Source: Gordius albopunctatus
Lineage: Eukaryota
NCBI GenBank assembly: GCA_964276515.1
Contig: OZ193909.1
Coordinates: forward strand, 10,478,001-10,542,000
Direction: 5' to 3'
DNA: 64,000 nucleotides
Shown piece after piece: positions 48,101-58,134 of this stretch. Every line of letters begins with the position of its first letter. Positions within the stretch are counted from its first letter, which is position 1. A program made the position numbers and the translations under genes. The notes beneath the pieces were generated by a model. That model was not told where the DNA came from and ran no database searches. It was given only the letters and a program-made list of their open reading frames with translations.

Positions 48101-51100
48101 ATGGTATATTATAAAGTTATTATATTATAGTTTTATAAGAAATTAAGCATGTTGAGCATATATTGATGGATTGCACGATAAGATGAGATTGTATATTTGA
48201 TTTTTTACCCTAAATAAATTATATACATTTAGAGTTTTTAGGTATAAATATTTTGTACAGGTGGTTAAATAAATATATAGATGGGGTAAATGTCATAATC
48301 TATATTTATGATGCGATTTAAATTTTTTTTCAAATTCTGACTCACTAAGAGTTAAAAAATGTTTTTCACCTTTGAAATTAAGATTTTTAAAAGTTTAGCG
48401 GTCGCCCAGGTGACAAATTTTATAATCCATATTTATGATGCGATTTAAATTTTTTTTCAAATTCTGACTCACTAAGAGCTTAAAAAATGTTTTTCACCTT
48501 TGAAATTAAGATTTTTAAAATTTTAGCGGTCGCCCAGGTGACAAATGTCTTAATCTATATTTATGATGCGATTTAAATTTTTTTTTCAAATTCTGACTCA
48601 CTAAGAGCTTAAAAAATGTTTTTCACCCTTGAAATTAAGATTTTTAAAAGTTTAGCGGTCGCCCAGGTGACAAATGTCATAATCCATATTTATGATGCGA
48701 TTTAATTTTTTTTTGAAATTCTGACTCACTAAGAGCTTAAAAAATGTTTTTCACCTTTGAAATTAAGATTTTTAAAAGTTTAGCGGTCGCCCAGGTGACA
48801 AATGTCATAATCCATATTTGGGATGCGATTTAAATTTTTTTTTCAAATTCTGACTCACTAAGAGCTTAAAAAATGTTTTTCACCTTTGAAATTAAGATTT
48901 TTAACATTTTAGCGGTCACCCAAGTGACAAATGTCATAATCCATATTTATGATGCGATTTAAATTTTTTTTCCAAATTCTGACTCACTAAGAGCTTAAAA
49001 AATGTTTTTCACCTTTGGAATTAAGATTTTTAAAAGTTTAGCGGTCGCCCAGGTGACAAATGTGATAATCCATATTTGGGATGCGATTTAAATTTTTTTT
49101 TCAAATTCTGACTCACTAAGAGCTTAAAAAATGTTTTTTACCTTTGGAATTAAGATTTTTAAAAGTTTAGCGGTCGCCCAGGTGACAAATGTCATAATCC
49201 ATATTTATGATGCGATTTAAATTTTTTTTCCAAATTCTGACTCACTAAGAGCTTAAAAAAAGTTTTTTACCTTTAGAATTAAGATTTTTAAAAGTTTAGC
49301 CGTCGCCCAGGTGACAAATGTCTTAATCTATATTTATGATGCGATTTAAATTTTTTTCCAAATTCTGACTCACTAAGAGCTTAAAAAATGTTTTTCACCT
49401 TTGAAATTAAGATTTTTAAAAGTTTAGCGGTCGCCCAGGTGACAAATGTCATAATCCATATTTATGATGCGATTTAAATTTTTTTTCAAATTCTGACTCA
49501 CTAAGAGCTTAAAAAATGTTTTCACCTTTGAAATTAAGATTTTAAAAGTTTAGCGGTTTAACAGGTGACAAATATATTAATCTATTTATGATGCGATTTA
49601 AAATTCTTTAATTTTAACTTATAGATGGCTAAAACAATACTAAAAATCGTCATGGATATAATATTTATAAATTTTAAGTTTATGAAATCAATGATAAACA
49701 TATAATAGATGAAATTATAACATATTTAGGCTGTAAAATTTATATTTCGCCATGATTTCACGCACATCATATCGCGAATTGTATTAGGTGATAACCTATT
49801 ACGCCTCGTAGTTAAAATATTTCCGGCCATGGAAAACATCCTTTCACTTGGAACGGAGGTGGTGGACTGTGCCAAAAAATCTCTGGCCATTTTTCCCAAT
49901 GCCGGGAACCGTGATTCATTTATCCTTCACCATTCTAATACTAATACTGTATTCGCTGCTAGTAAAGGAATATCTTTTTCATATTCACTCATTTCGCCAG
50001 CATAATCAATATTATGTAAATTCACCAGGTTTTCATAATTTTCTAATAAAATATTAAAAATTTTTAAGTGATTGAAATAGAGGTACCTGTAGGTAAATAC
50101 CTTCTTTTAATTCTTGGATCGAGGTATCCCGCTACAAAAAAATTAAAGCGCTCATATTCTGGTATGTATTTCACAAATTTCCCCCTCATGGCTTCACAAG
50201 CATCATGAAATAGCGCTTCATTAAACCTTAGCGTTTCTTCCATTTTCGCGCTAAGGTCTTTTAAATAAATTAAGGCCATACCCACGGTGGCCTTTTGGTC
50301 ATAACTAATTAAATTGGGTAGGCTATAAAACGGAGATAAAAAATTTTCTATTTGGTTCATAATATCAATTTCTTCATCCTCGGAGGGATCAGTAGAATTT
50401 ATTGTCATAATATTCTAATTTGTTTATAAATTTCAAAATATTTTATATTACTTTATTTATAATGGATAGCATATTGTAGGTGCTATTCCAACGTGTGGAA
50501 TAGAGGTGTGCATTTTGATCCGATCCGAGGGGTTTTTGAAAAATTTAATATCCATCCGATCCGAGTTTTTTAAAATCTAAATCCCATCCGATCCGAAATT
50601 TTTTAATTAAAATTTTACGAACATAACTTTTTATTGATGATTAAATTCAAAATACATAAAAATACGGTAATGCAATTTTAATAGACCTGAAATAAATATA
50701 AAATTTTATTTGACTAATTCTATATTATCATATAAAAATAACAAAGAATCTAAATTTTCTGGTTTAATTCGCGTTAGAGGTGTTCACGGATCAAATTTTT
50801 TTGATCCGATCCGAGTGGTTTTTGAAAAATTTTCGGATCGGATCGGATTGATCCGTGCACACCTCTAGTGTGGAAACATCCAAAGGCATGTTCGACCCAT
50901 CAAGTTCCTTAAATTTTTGTAGGAATTTATAGTAATTTAAATTAAAAAGAATATAAAAATTTTCTATTTTAGGCGATTACATTTAAGATAAATTTTAAAT
51001 ATCTGTTTATTCTTGTTTAATAATTTTGAATTTCTAAAGATTTCATCTAAATACAATTTGTTCAAAGATTGATGACTAAAATTATGAAATTAACAAATTT

Positions 51101-54100
51101 TAGTGGAGGTGACGCAATAACTATGAGGGAGGTCCTTTCATCACTCTTTAATTTTATATACTGTCCCTAAAAACCACCATATGTAACTAAGTTTGAAGTA
51201 GGTGATGATAACCTATTATTAATTTAATTACGTCTCGCAGAAGTTGGCAACTCCCAATCCCACTACTTGCTGGGCTGGTTTATGATGATATGACTGGATT
51301 GGAGAGGATAGGAGAGGGGGGTGTGTAAGTTTAAGTTAAGTTGTTGGTTTGGTTGGTAGTTAGTAGATCTAGCTAGATATTATTATTTCATTCTATTGTT
51401 TTCAATGGCTCGGCGTCGGCTCCCTCCTCCCCCCTCCACTTCATTTCCACATGCAGTAGCACCAGCAGCACATGCTTTGCTTACTACATGCCATCCATGA
51501 GATGATGACTCATTTAGTTCTCTCTAAAATTAAAATATGCCATGCCATTTAAAAATTATATTTTCCTTCGTCCTTTCGATTCCCCCTCTTACTCTCAATC
51601 TCACGCATAAATATTTATAATAAAATGGATTCTCAATCTATCTCTTTTAATGATTCAAATTCTCCGGATAATGAAAATCATTTGGTAAGATTATGCATAA
51701 TTTGTAGGCATATTTATATTTTAAGCCAACATTAGAAACATCACAAAGAAGAAGTCTAGTGCATATGAAATTTAAATTCACCCCGACAAAATCTCACAAA
51801 ATCTGCTTACATTGAGAGCGGCGATACTCTAGCACCACTTCTATAAGTACAATATTGGATAATGTTGTTAATAATTATATTCAAATGTTTTCGGTAAAAC
51901 TTATTTCGTTAAATAATTTAATGCGTATGCGCGCTCTTTTGTTTAAATTTTATCATAAATGGCAGGCGCGATATTTATCAAGATTTTTTTTCTTTTTTAA
52001 GCATTTGGATCAATATCGCTAGTTATATTTGTTTATAGAAAACAAAATTTTCGTGCAATATGTGTCAAAACCCTGTTTGTGTTGATCACACTATAATATT
52101 TTGCGAAAAATGCGATAAAAATGACCATTTTTTAGAGTATAATCATTTTATCATGAAAGAATGTTTTCTATATTATTCAAACCTTTTAATAAAAATACAT
52201 TTGCTTTTTATATTTCTACTAACTGTTTGTGTTTGGTCTCCATTACAAAAATAAAACATGTCATTTTGCTTTTTATTCATTTTCTTTGTGTTTGGTAAAT
52301 TGCATATAATTTTAGAATTACTATTTATAATTAAATTATTTTTTTATAATACAAAATCTAGGGGGGGGGGGCTGCCGCCCCCCCCTGGCTACGCCCATGA
52401 GTATAAATAATGTAGCCATGTTTGAAATTAGGGTGGGGTATATTTGAACCCATTTTTTAACTTCGTATAACTATTAATTGCTATGCAATTTATGGGCACG
52501 TTTTTTGGTGTCCGTCCGTCCTTTACCCTCCAATGTATTTACACCGGCTTTCTGACTTGGCGGTTTGAGTTCAATCCCCGGAGAGGACAAATATTTTTTT
52601 AAATTAAATTAATATATTGTTCTTGTTAATAACATTGATAATATGACTTTTTGACTGTGCCCTGGCTACTGACCAATGGTAAAAATAATCATTGACCAAA
52701 TTGTGAATCGAAATTTTATTTTTTTCGCGTTGGAATTGGTTAACATTGATATTTTCCATTTTCGCTCGTTACAATTTATTCAGCTAATGATATATTTTTA
52801 ACAGCTAAAAATCAAAAAAATTTTCAAATATTTATTTATCTTATTCTAAAAAATATTTTTTTTTTAATTATACAGCAACTTTAAGGAGACACCTTTCAAC
52901 AACGCACCCTTAGATAGATGTAAATAAACGTGATGAACAAAATAGCCTAGTTGGCTCAAAAAAATGACTGTAGATGAGAATAAGCAATTAAACATGTTAA
53001 TCTTAGAAGGCATTATCGAAAATTATTTACCCTTTTCTTTATTTGAAAATGAGGCTTTTAAAAGGTCATATACCTATTTAAACAAATCGGCAAAAGTATG
53101 TACCCGACAAACGCGATGAATTATATGAAAGTGTTATATGATGAATCAAAAAATAATTTTAATCAAAAATTACAAACACTCTCAAGCAAGATAAGTCTAA
53201 GCACAGATTTGTGGACGGGGATTAACTCTTCAGCTTTATGCGCTATAACCTTACATTTTATCAATGAAGATTGGGAGTTTGAAAATTATTTATTGGAATT
53301 TGTGGATTTTTCATACCCACACACAACTAACGATATTAAAGATTTAATATTTAAGGTAATTTACGATCACGATATTAATGATTTCATTTTTAAGGTTATT
53401 AAGGACCATCAAATCACATCTAAAGTAATACCTTCAACGATAAATACTACAGGTACCTCTATTTTAATCATTTAATAATTTTTAATATTTTATTAGAAAA
53501 TTATGAAAAGCTCGTGAATTTATATAATATTTATAAATCAAATGAAAGATTTCGTTTCCATGATGGGATAGCTCGTAAAGAAGACGATTACACTTCAGCC
53601 ATTTTGAATCGTTTAAGGAAGTAAATAAATTTTTATATAATATTTTAATGACGCATTTAGTCCAACAGAGTCCTGTGTTGATTATGCTGGCGAAATGAGT
53701 GAATATGAAAATGATATTCCTCTAGCAGCGAATACAGTATTAGAATGGTGGAGGATAAATGAATCACGGTTCCCGGCATTGGGAAAAATGGCCAGAGATT
53801 TTTTGGCACAGTCCACCACCTCCGTTCCAAGTGAAAGGATGTTTTCCATGGCCGGAAATATTTTAACTGCGAGGCGTAATAGGTTATCACCTACTACAAT
53901 TCGCGATATGATGTGCCTGAAATCATGACGAAATATAAATTTTACAGCCTAAATATGTTATGATTTCATCTATTATATGTTTATCATTGATTTCACAAAC
54001 TTATTATTAGACTTAATAAAATTTGTAAATATTATATCCATGACGATTTTTAGTATTGTTTTAGCCATCTATAAGTTAAAATTAAAGAATTTTAAATCGC

Positions 54101-57100
54101 ATCATAAATATGGATTATGACATTTGTCACCTGGGCGACCGCTAAACTTTTAAAAATCTTAATTTCAAAGGTGAAAAACATTTTTTAAGCTCTTAGTGAG
54201 TCAGAATTTGGAAAAAAATTTAAATAATCCATAAATATGGATTATGACATTTGTCACCTGGGCGACGGCTAAACTTTTAAAAATCTTAATTCCAAAGGTA
54301 AAAAACATTTTTTAAGCTCTTAGTGAGTCAGAATTTGAAAAAAAATTTAAATCGCATCATAAATATGGATTATGACATTTGTCACCTGGGCGACGGCTAA
54401 ACTTTTAAAAATCTTAATTCCAAAGGTGAAAAACATTTTTTAAGCTCTTAGTGAGTCAGAATTTGGAAAAAAAATTTAAATCGCATCATAAATATGGATT
54501 ATGACATTTGTCACTTGGGTGACCGCTAAACTTTTAAAAATCTTAATTTCAAAGGTGAAAAACATTTTTTAAGCTCTTAGTGAGTCAGAATTTTAAAAAA
54601 AAATTTAAATCGCATCATAAATATGGATTATGACATTTGTCACCTGGGCGACCGCTAAACTTTTAAAAATCTTAATTTCAATGGTGAAAAACATTTTTTT
54701 TAACTCTTAGTGAGTCAGAATTTGAAAAAAAAATTTAAATCGCATCATAAATATAGATTATGACATTTACCCCATCTATATATTTATTTAACCACCTGTA
54801 CAAAATATTTATACCTAAAAACTCAAAATGTATATAATTTATGTAGGGTAAAAAATCAACTATTTAGCGCCATCTATAGGCAATTTTAATTAGAGACTAA
54901 TTTAAACTATATATATCTCTCTTTTTAAGTATGTGACTAGAAAATGATAACTGCTAGAAAAACAGGATGATCAAACAATAACAATCAGTGATCAGGGTAA
55001 TTTACTGTTTGTTTAAACTCACTTTATATTCTAGAATTTAGTTTTTTAGGAAATGATAGTACTAATTCTGTAAGAGAACAAGAAGGAGAGGAAAAGGATA
55101 ATCAAACACTAGCAATTAGTAAGCTTAGTTATTGAGAATTTGTGAAGGAAAATGTTCTATATAACTTACTTTTTTTAGATACTGTCAGTGTGAAGTCTAA
55201 AATAGATAATAATAATAAGGATAACATTCAAAAAATATTCACTATTCATGGTATGGTATACTGATTAATTTTTATCCAAAAAATAGTTACAAAAAAATAT
55301 CACCTTGAAAATTTTAGAACCCCACCCACAAGGAAATCCTAATTACCCCTATGTATTCAGGTGTTTTTTCCAAATTTGTTAAATCATTAAATTTAGAACG
55401 GTGTTTTGCCACCCCTCTATTTTTTACCCTCTTTCTTACGAGATGTGAGGGGAAGGAGGGATGTTTTGCCCCCCACCCCTATTTTTTATCCTCTTATTTA
55501 AATCACGAATCAATGTTTGCCTTTTCTGGACGTTTTAATTACCAGAAATCAAAATATTTTTCATAGTCAGGTTTATCACAAACCTACGGAATCACGTTTG
55601 AACTATATTCCTTTTTAATAGTTTTACTCCTTTCACTTTTAAAGTCAATACTTTAAGCTGGCTTATTAATCGAGCAATTCATTTATCGTCTTCACAATCC
55701 GCATATATTAAAGAAATGGTTTATTTATATGAAACATTCTGTTCTCTTGGATATCCAAATCAACTTTTCAATAATATTCCAACAAAATGTTTTTTAACTG
55801 AAAATAAGCAAAAAAATATTAATGATAAAACATTTATAAATTTTCCGCATCACCCATCGTTACCATTTACATTTTTAAAAAGCATTAAAAAAATTTTAAA
55901 AGGGAATGATATTAATAACATCATCATCACACAAAAACCTAATGAATCACTCTTAACAATATTACAAAATAACTATGAATCCGATTTACAGACAAATAAC
56001 GTTATCTATAAAATTACTTGTAGTGATTGCAAACAGTCTTACATTGGGGAAACAAAAAGAGACTAAGAGTTAGGCTTAAAGAACACTTGGCAGCTTTATT
56101 TCGCCCCAACGGGGTACCTACAGGAGTATGTAACCACATTTTAAAGGAAAATCATACGTCAAAACTCAAACAATCAATTCTACTTTTTACAAAATCATAT
56201 TTTGAAAGGAAGACGTTAGAGTCCTTCTTTATTAGAAGACTTAACCCCACTTTAAATGAAGATATGGGAAGAGTACCCCTCTACCCTTCACTACCAAAAG
56301 AACATTCTATTTAGTTTATATTTTATTTTATTTAAATCTATTTTACTTATCTGACGATGTCCTCTATGAGGACGAAATATTATATTTACTACAACAATTC
56401 CAGAAAATATATCTATGAAGAACATTAATTATGAGGGTAAAAATCTTCTTAAATAGCAATTCAATCTACTATCTGCTCAAATTTACTGCTCGAGCTCCTG
56501 CTAAATTTTTTAACAGATTTGCCTTCTTCGACAACTTCTCGAGCATTTTCATGTGCTACTGTTAAAACTAACGCACCGAACAGTTAGCACTCATTGTGCT
56601 AAACTAGCATATTACCTAGCTGCATAGTTAGCATTGCTAAAGTTAGCAATTTAACAACTATACAATAATATTATTTTTCTATGTTCCTCGCGGAGTTATG
56701 TGGAGTGTGTAAATCGAATATTTCTTGTGTTTTTTCTGGGCAGAAAAAGAGATGTGTAAATTATGTCGCGATTCCTCCTTCCCTAGTCTTTGGAGTTGAA
56801 TCTGAGCCTACATGGAATCGTATAAATTCAGAGATTCGATAGAGTTTTTCTATTGCAATATGCTCACATCGTAAGTCAGCAACTTTGGAATCGGGGAGTT
56901 TCTTAATGTAAATAAAAATATGTTTTATCTAATATTAAAATAATATAAAATTTTATATTAATAACGCAAGTTCAGGGTGGTGTTAATTAATTAAGGTAAT
57001 AACATAACTTTATAGCTCTAATTGGTAAATTACTATATTTTCATATATCTTAGTTCTAAATTTAATGATTTAACAAATTTGGAAAAAACACCTGAATACA

Positions 57101-58029
57101 TAGGGGTAATTAGGATTTCCTTGTGGGTGGGGTTCTAAAATTTTCAAGGTGATATTTTTTTGTAACTATTTTTTGGATAAAAATTAATCAGTATACCATA
57201 CCATGAATAGTGAATATTTTTTGAATGTTATCCTTATTATTATTATCTATTTTAGACTTCACACTGACAGTATCTAAAAAAAGTAAGTTATATAGAACAT
57301 TTTCCTTCACAAATTCTCAATAACTAAGCTTACTAATTGCTAGTGTTTGATTATCCTTTTCCTCTCCTTCTTGTTCTCTTACAGAATTAGTACTATCATT
57401 TCCTAAAAAACTAAATTCTAGAATATAAAGTGAGTTTAAACAAACAGTAAATTACCCTGATCACTGATTGTTATTGTTTGATCATCCTGTTTTTCTAGCA
57501 GTTATCATTTTCTAGTCACATACTTAAAAAGAGAGATATATATAGTTGAAATTAGTCTCTAATTAAAATTGCCTATAGATGGCGCTAATTAGAGAAAACT
57601 TTTAATTTAATGTCGGCACTCCTGAAAGGGGTTATTATTGTCTTCTGATTATTATAAAAAACGCAATTTATTATCTAATATAATAAAACAAAATAATTAT
57701 TACTACCATATTGTAAAGTATTTAAAATGCATACTTTTAAGATAGTTAAAAATATTGTAAGTAATTTTGCCCTAAACACATTTAAAAAGAGTTATTTTGA
57801 TATGATAACTAAGAAATTTTAACAGATAAACTTAAAATTTTTTAAATAATCTAAACTTCAAAACATAGGATGAATTTGAGACACAGAATTGTTTGAGCGA
57901 AACAGGTGGCATTGGCCGATGTATGGAAGCGCAAATCCTGCTAAAATAATCGACGTGCTTATTAAGTGTCCTTTTTAGATAAAATTCGTCACCACGTTCA
58001 TTGATTTCGCAGCCTTTTTGAGGCTTCAT
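36114..58029 (-). CDS. TELO2: TELO2-like (Tel2, TTT complex) HEAT-repeat protein, divergent
   Basis: Phase-compatible GT-AG exons: (58029-57857, tentative), 43008-42374, 42084-41931, 39876-39670, ~39575-?, ~39358/39305-38969, 37460-37308, 37266-37096, 36377-36114. Segments WSDEFLINSWSEKLHLSATKWL, LLEGVNLHLESSMPFVKDMGLIVMKY, RRAILVLLMSKDPQTIIKHLASNFF...YNFSLKLEILQLI and LLEWLLLIIKEEKDETSLKLA fall in the order I recall for TELO2 motifs. About 750 aa in total. The first exon and the 39.3-39.6 kb joins are uncertain. Confidence 0.72.
39997..40889 (+). mobile_element. Non-autonomous hAT element in TELO2-like intron
   Basis: TIRs TAGAGCTGTTAAA / TTTAACACCTCTA; TSD GGTGTAGG / GGTGTAGC (7/8); GGAACTAGTTCC subterminal repeats; ORF 40494-40766 with hAT dimerization motif LPSSAPVERFF. 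Confidence 0.88.
41195..41810. mobile_element. Long-TIR non-autonomous DNA element (superfamily unresolved)
   Basis: ~150-bp imperfect inverted arms starting CACAATGTGCAC...TTATGACCCATTATCATATTTCAAT and ending ATTGAAATATGATAATGGGTCATAAAGGAGTGCACATTGTG; no clear TSD. Confidence 0.7.
44342..47365 (-). mobile_element. Near full-length RTE-clade LINE (APE endonuclease + RT, two frameshifts)
   Basis: Single APE-RT reading path: 47282-45519 (VASWNV, CLQET, GADFNGH, TQVDY), 45522-45130 (FIDLEKAYD, GLHQGSALSP), 45122-~44420 (YADD, RPVLLYGSETW, RLRWY). 9-bp TSD TGTCTTTGT at 44333-44341 and 47366-47374. Confidence 0.93.
47328..47365 (-). ncRNA. Twister ribozyme-like motif (3' part only) at the RTE 5' end
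   Basis: Minus strand reads ACGG-TCCCAAGT-CCGT-GTGAAAAA-GTG-GAGGG-TTGG, matching the P4/L4, 3' P2 strand and GAGGG of the twister consensus as I recall it; 5' P1/L1 missing. Confidence 0.55.
48290..49602. repeat. Tandem array, ~10 units of ~128 bp (left arm of hAT foldback)
   Basis: Marker ATGCG at 48311, 48438, 48566, 48695, 48823, 48952, 49081, 49210, 49339, 49467 and 49591. Confidence 0.97.
50501..50867. mobile_element. hAT MITE inserted in the transposase relic
   Basis: TIR TAGAGGTGTGCA/TGCACACCTCTA; perfect 8-bp TSD GTGTGGAA (50493-50500, 50868-50875); ATCCG subterminal repeats. Confidence 0.93.
52030..52130 (+). mobile_element. piggyBac-like C-terminal cysteine-rich domain remnant
   Basis: Translates KTKFSCNMCQNPVCVDHTIIFCEKC; no other piggyBac parts seen. 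Confidence 0.45.
54090..54770. repeat. Tandem array, ~5 units of ~128 bp, inverted relative to 48290-49602
   Basis: Reverse-complement units with CGCAT marker at 54098, 54353, 54482, 54611 and 54741 (mutated in the unit near 54225). Confidence 0.97.
55570..56390 (+). mobile_element. Penelope-like element 3' relic (RT C-terminus + GIY-YIG endonuclease)
   Basis: LINRAIHLSS, then NNVIYKITCSDCKQSYIGETKR/LRVRLKEH...H...H...RKTLESFFI...LNEDMG, with a frameshift near 56064. Confidence 0.9.
56347..56384 (+). ncRNA. Minimal type I hammerhead ribozyme motif (Penelope pLTR type)
   Basis: TAT-CTGACGA-T-GTCCTC-TAT-GAGGAC-GAAA-TATT-ATA: CUGANGA and GAAA core boxes, perfect 6-bp stem II, palindromic AATATT at stem III; 37 nt after the GIY-YIG stop. 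Confidence 0.7.
56455..56900 (+). mobile_element. 5' fragment of the same old LINE family as 43161-48063
   Basis: 56455-56621 is the reverse complement of 47896-48063, followed by a short ORF starting MFLAELCGVCKS (possible ORF1 start). Confidence 0.5.
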
Positions 58030-58134
58030 TGCTATGGCATTTTTAATATTTAGTGATAAATAGTAATATATTCATGTAGATTCAAGTTTCATCTATAGGT
58101 CCATTAATTTTTTTTGTTACACCTAGAGCCCTGC

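Larger units (their letters stand above)
48194..50950 (-). mobile_element. Defective hAT copy (central and C-terminal transposase, 3' subterminal array)
   Basis: Minus strand: PLDVST|RWNSTYNML (interrupted by a MITE), AGYLDPRIK, and dimerization region RFPALGKMARDFLAQSTTSVPSERMFSMAG, then the 128-bp array. Confidence 0.85.
51625..54862 (+). mobile_element. Defective hAT copy (spliced N-terminus with BED finger, first catalytic Asp, C-terminus, 3' array)
   Basis: ATG at 51625. Exon-like segments encode RRSLVHMKF..ICLH* (51735-51845) and TLRRHLSTTHP (52878+), then KISLSTDLWT (53098-53475) and LEWWRINESRFPALGKMARDFLAQSTTSVPSERMFS (53695-53928). The central region is deleted. Confidence 0.85.
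54865..57587. mobile_element. Foldback-type element with 535-bp near-perfect inverted arms
   Basis: 54865-55399 is the reverse complement of 57053-57587 (one mismatch seen by eye). Termini TAGCGCCATCTATAGG / CCTATAGATGGCGCTA, with ATT on both flanks. Confidence 0.75.

Noticed and set aside
48290..49602. Regular array as possible CRISPR
   Set aside because: Whole 128-bp units repeat with no unique spacers, there are no cas genes, and the context is eukaryotic.
52540..52590. tRNA-like B box (GAGTTCAATCCCC)
   Set aside because: No cloverleaf or acceptor stem visible; at most a SINE fragment.
58030..58104. In-frame TAG/TGA upstream of ORF 58029 as evidence of stop-codon reassignment
   Set aside because: The dynein and hnRNP exons I translated contain no internal stops, use TGG for Trp and end at TAG/TAA; this is better explained as UTR/uORFs.
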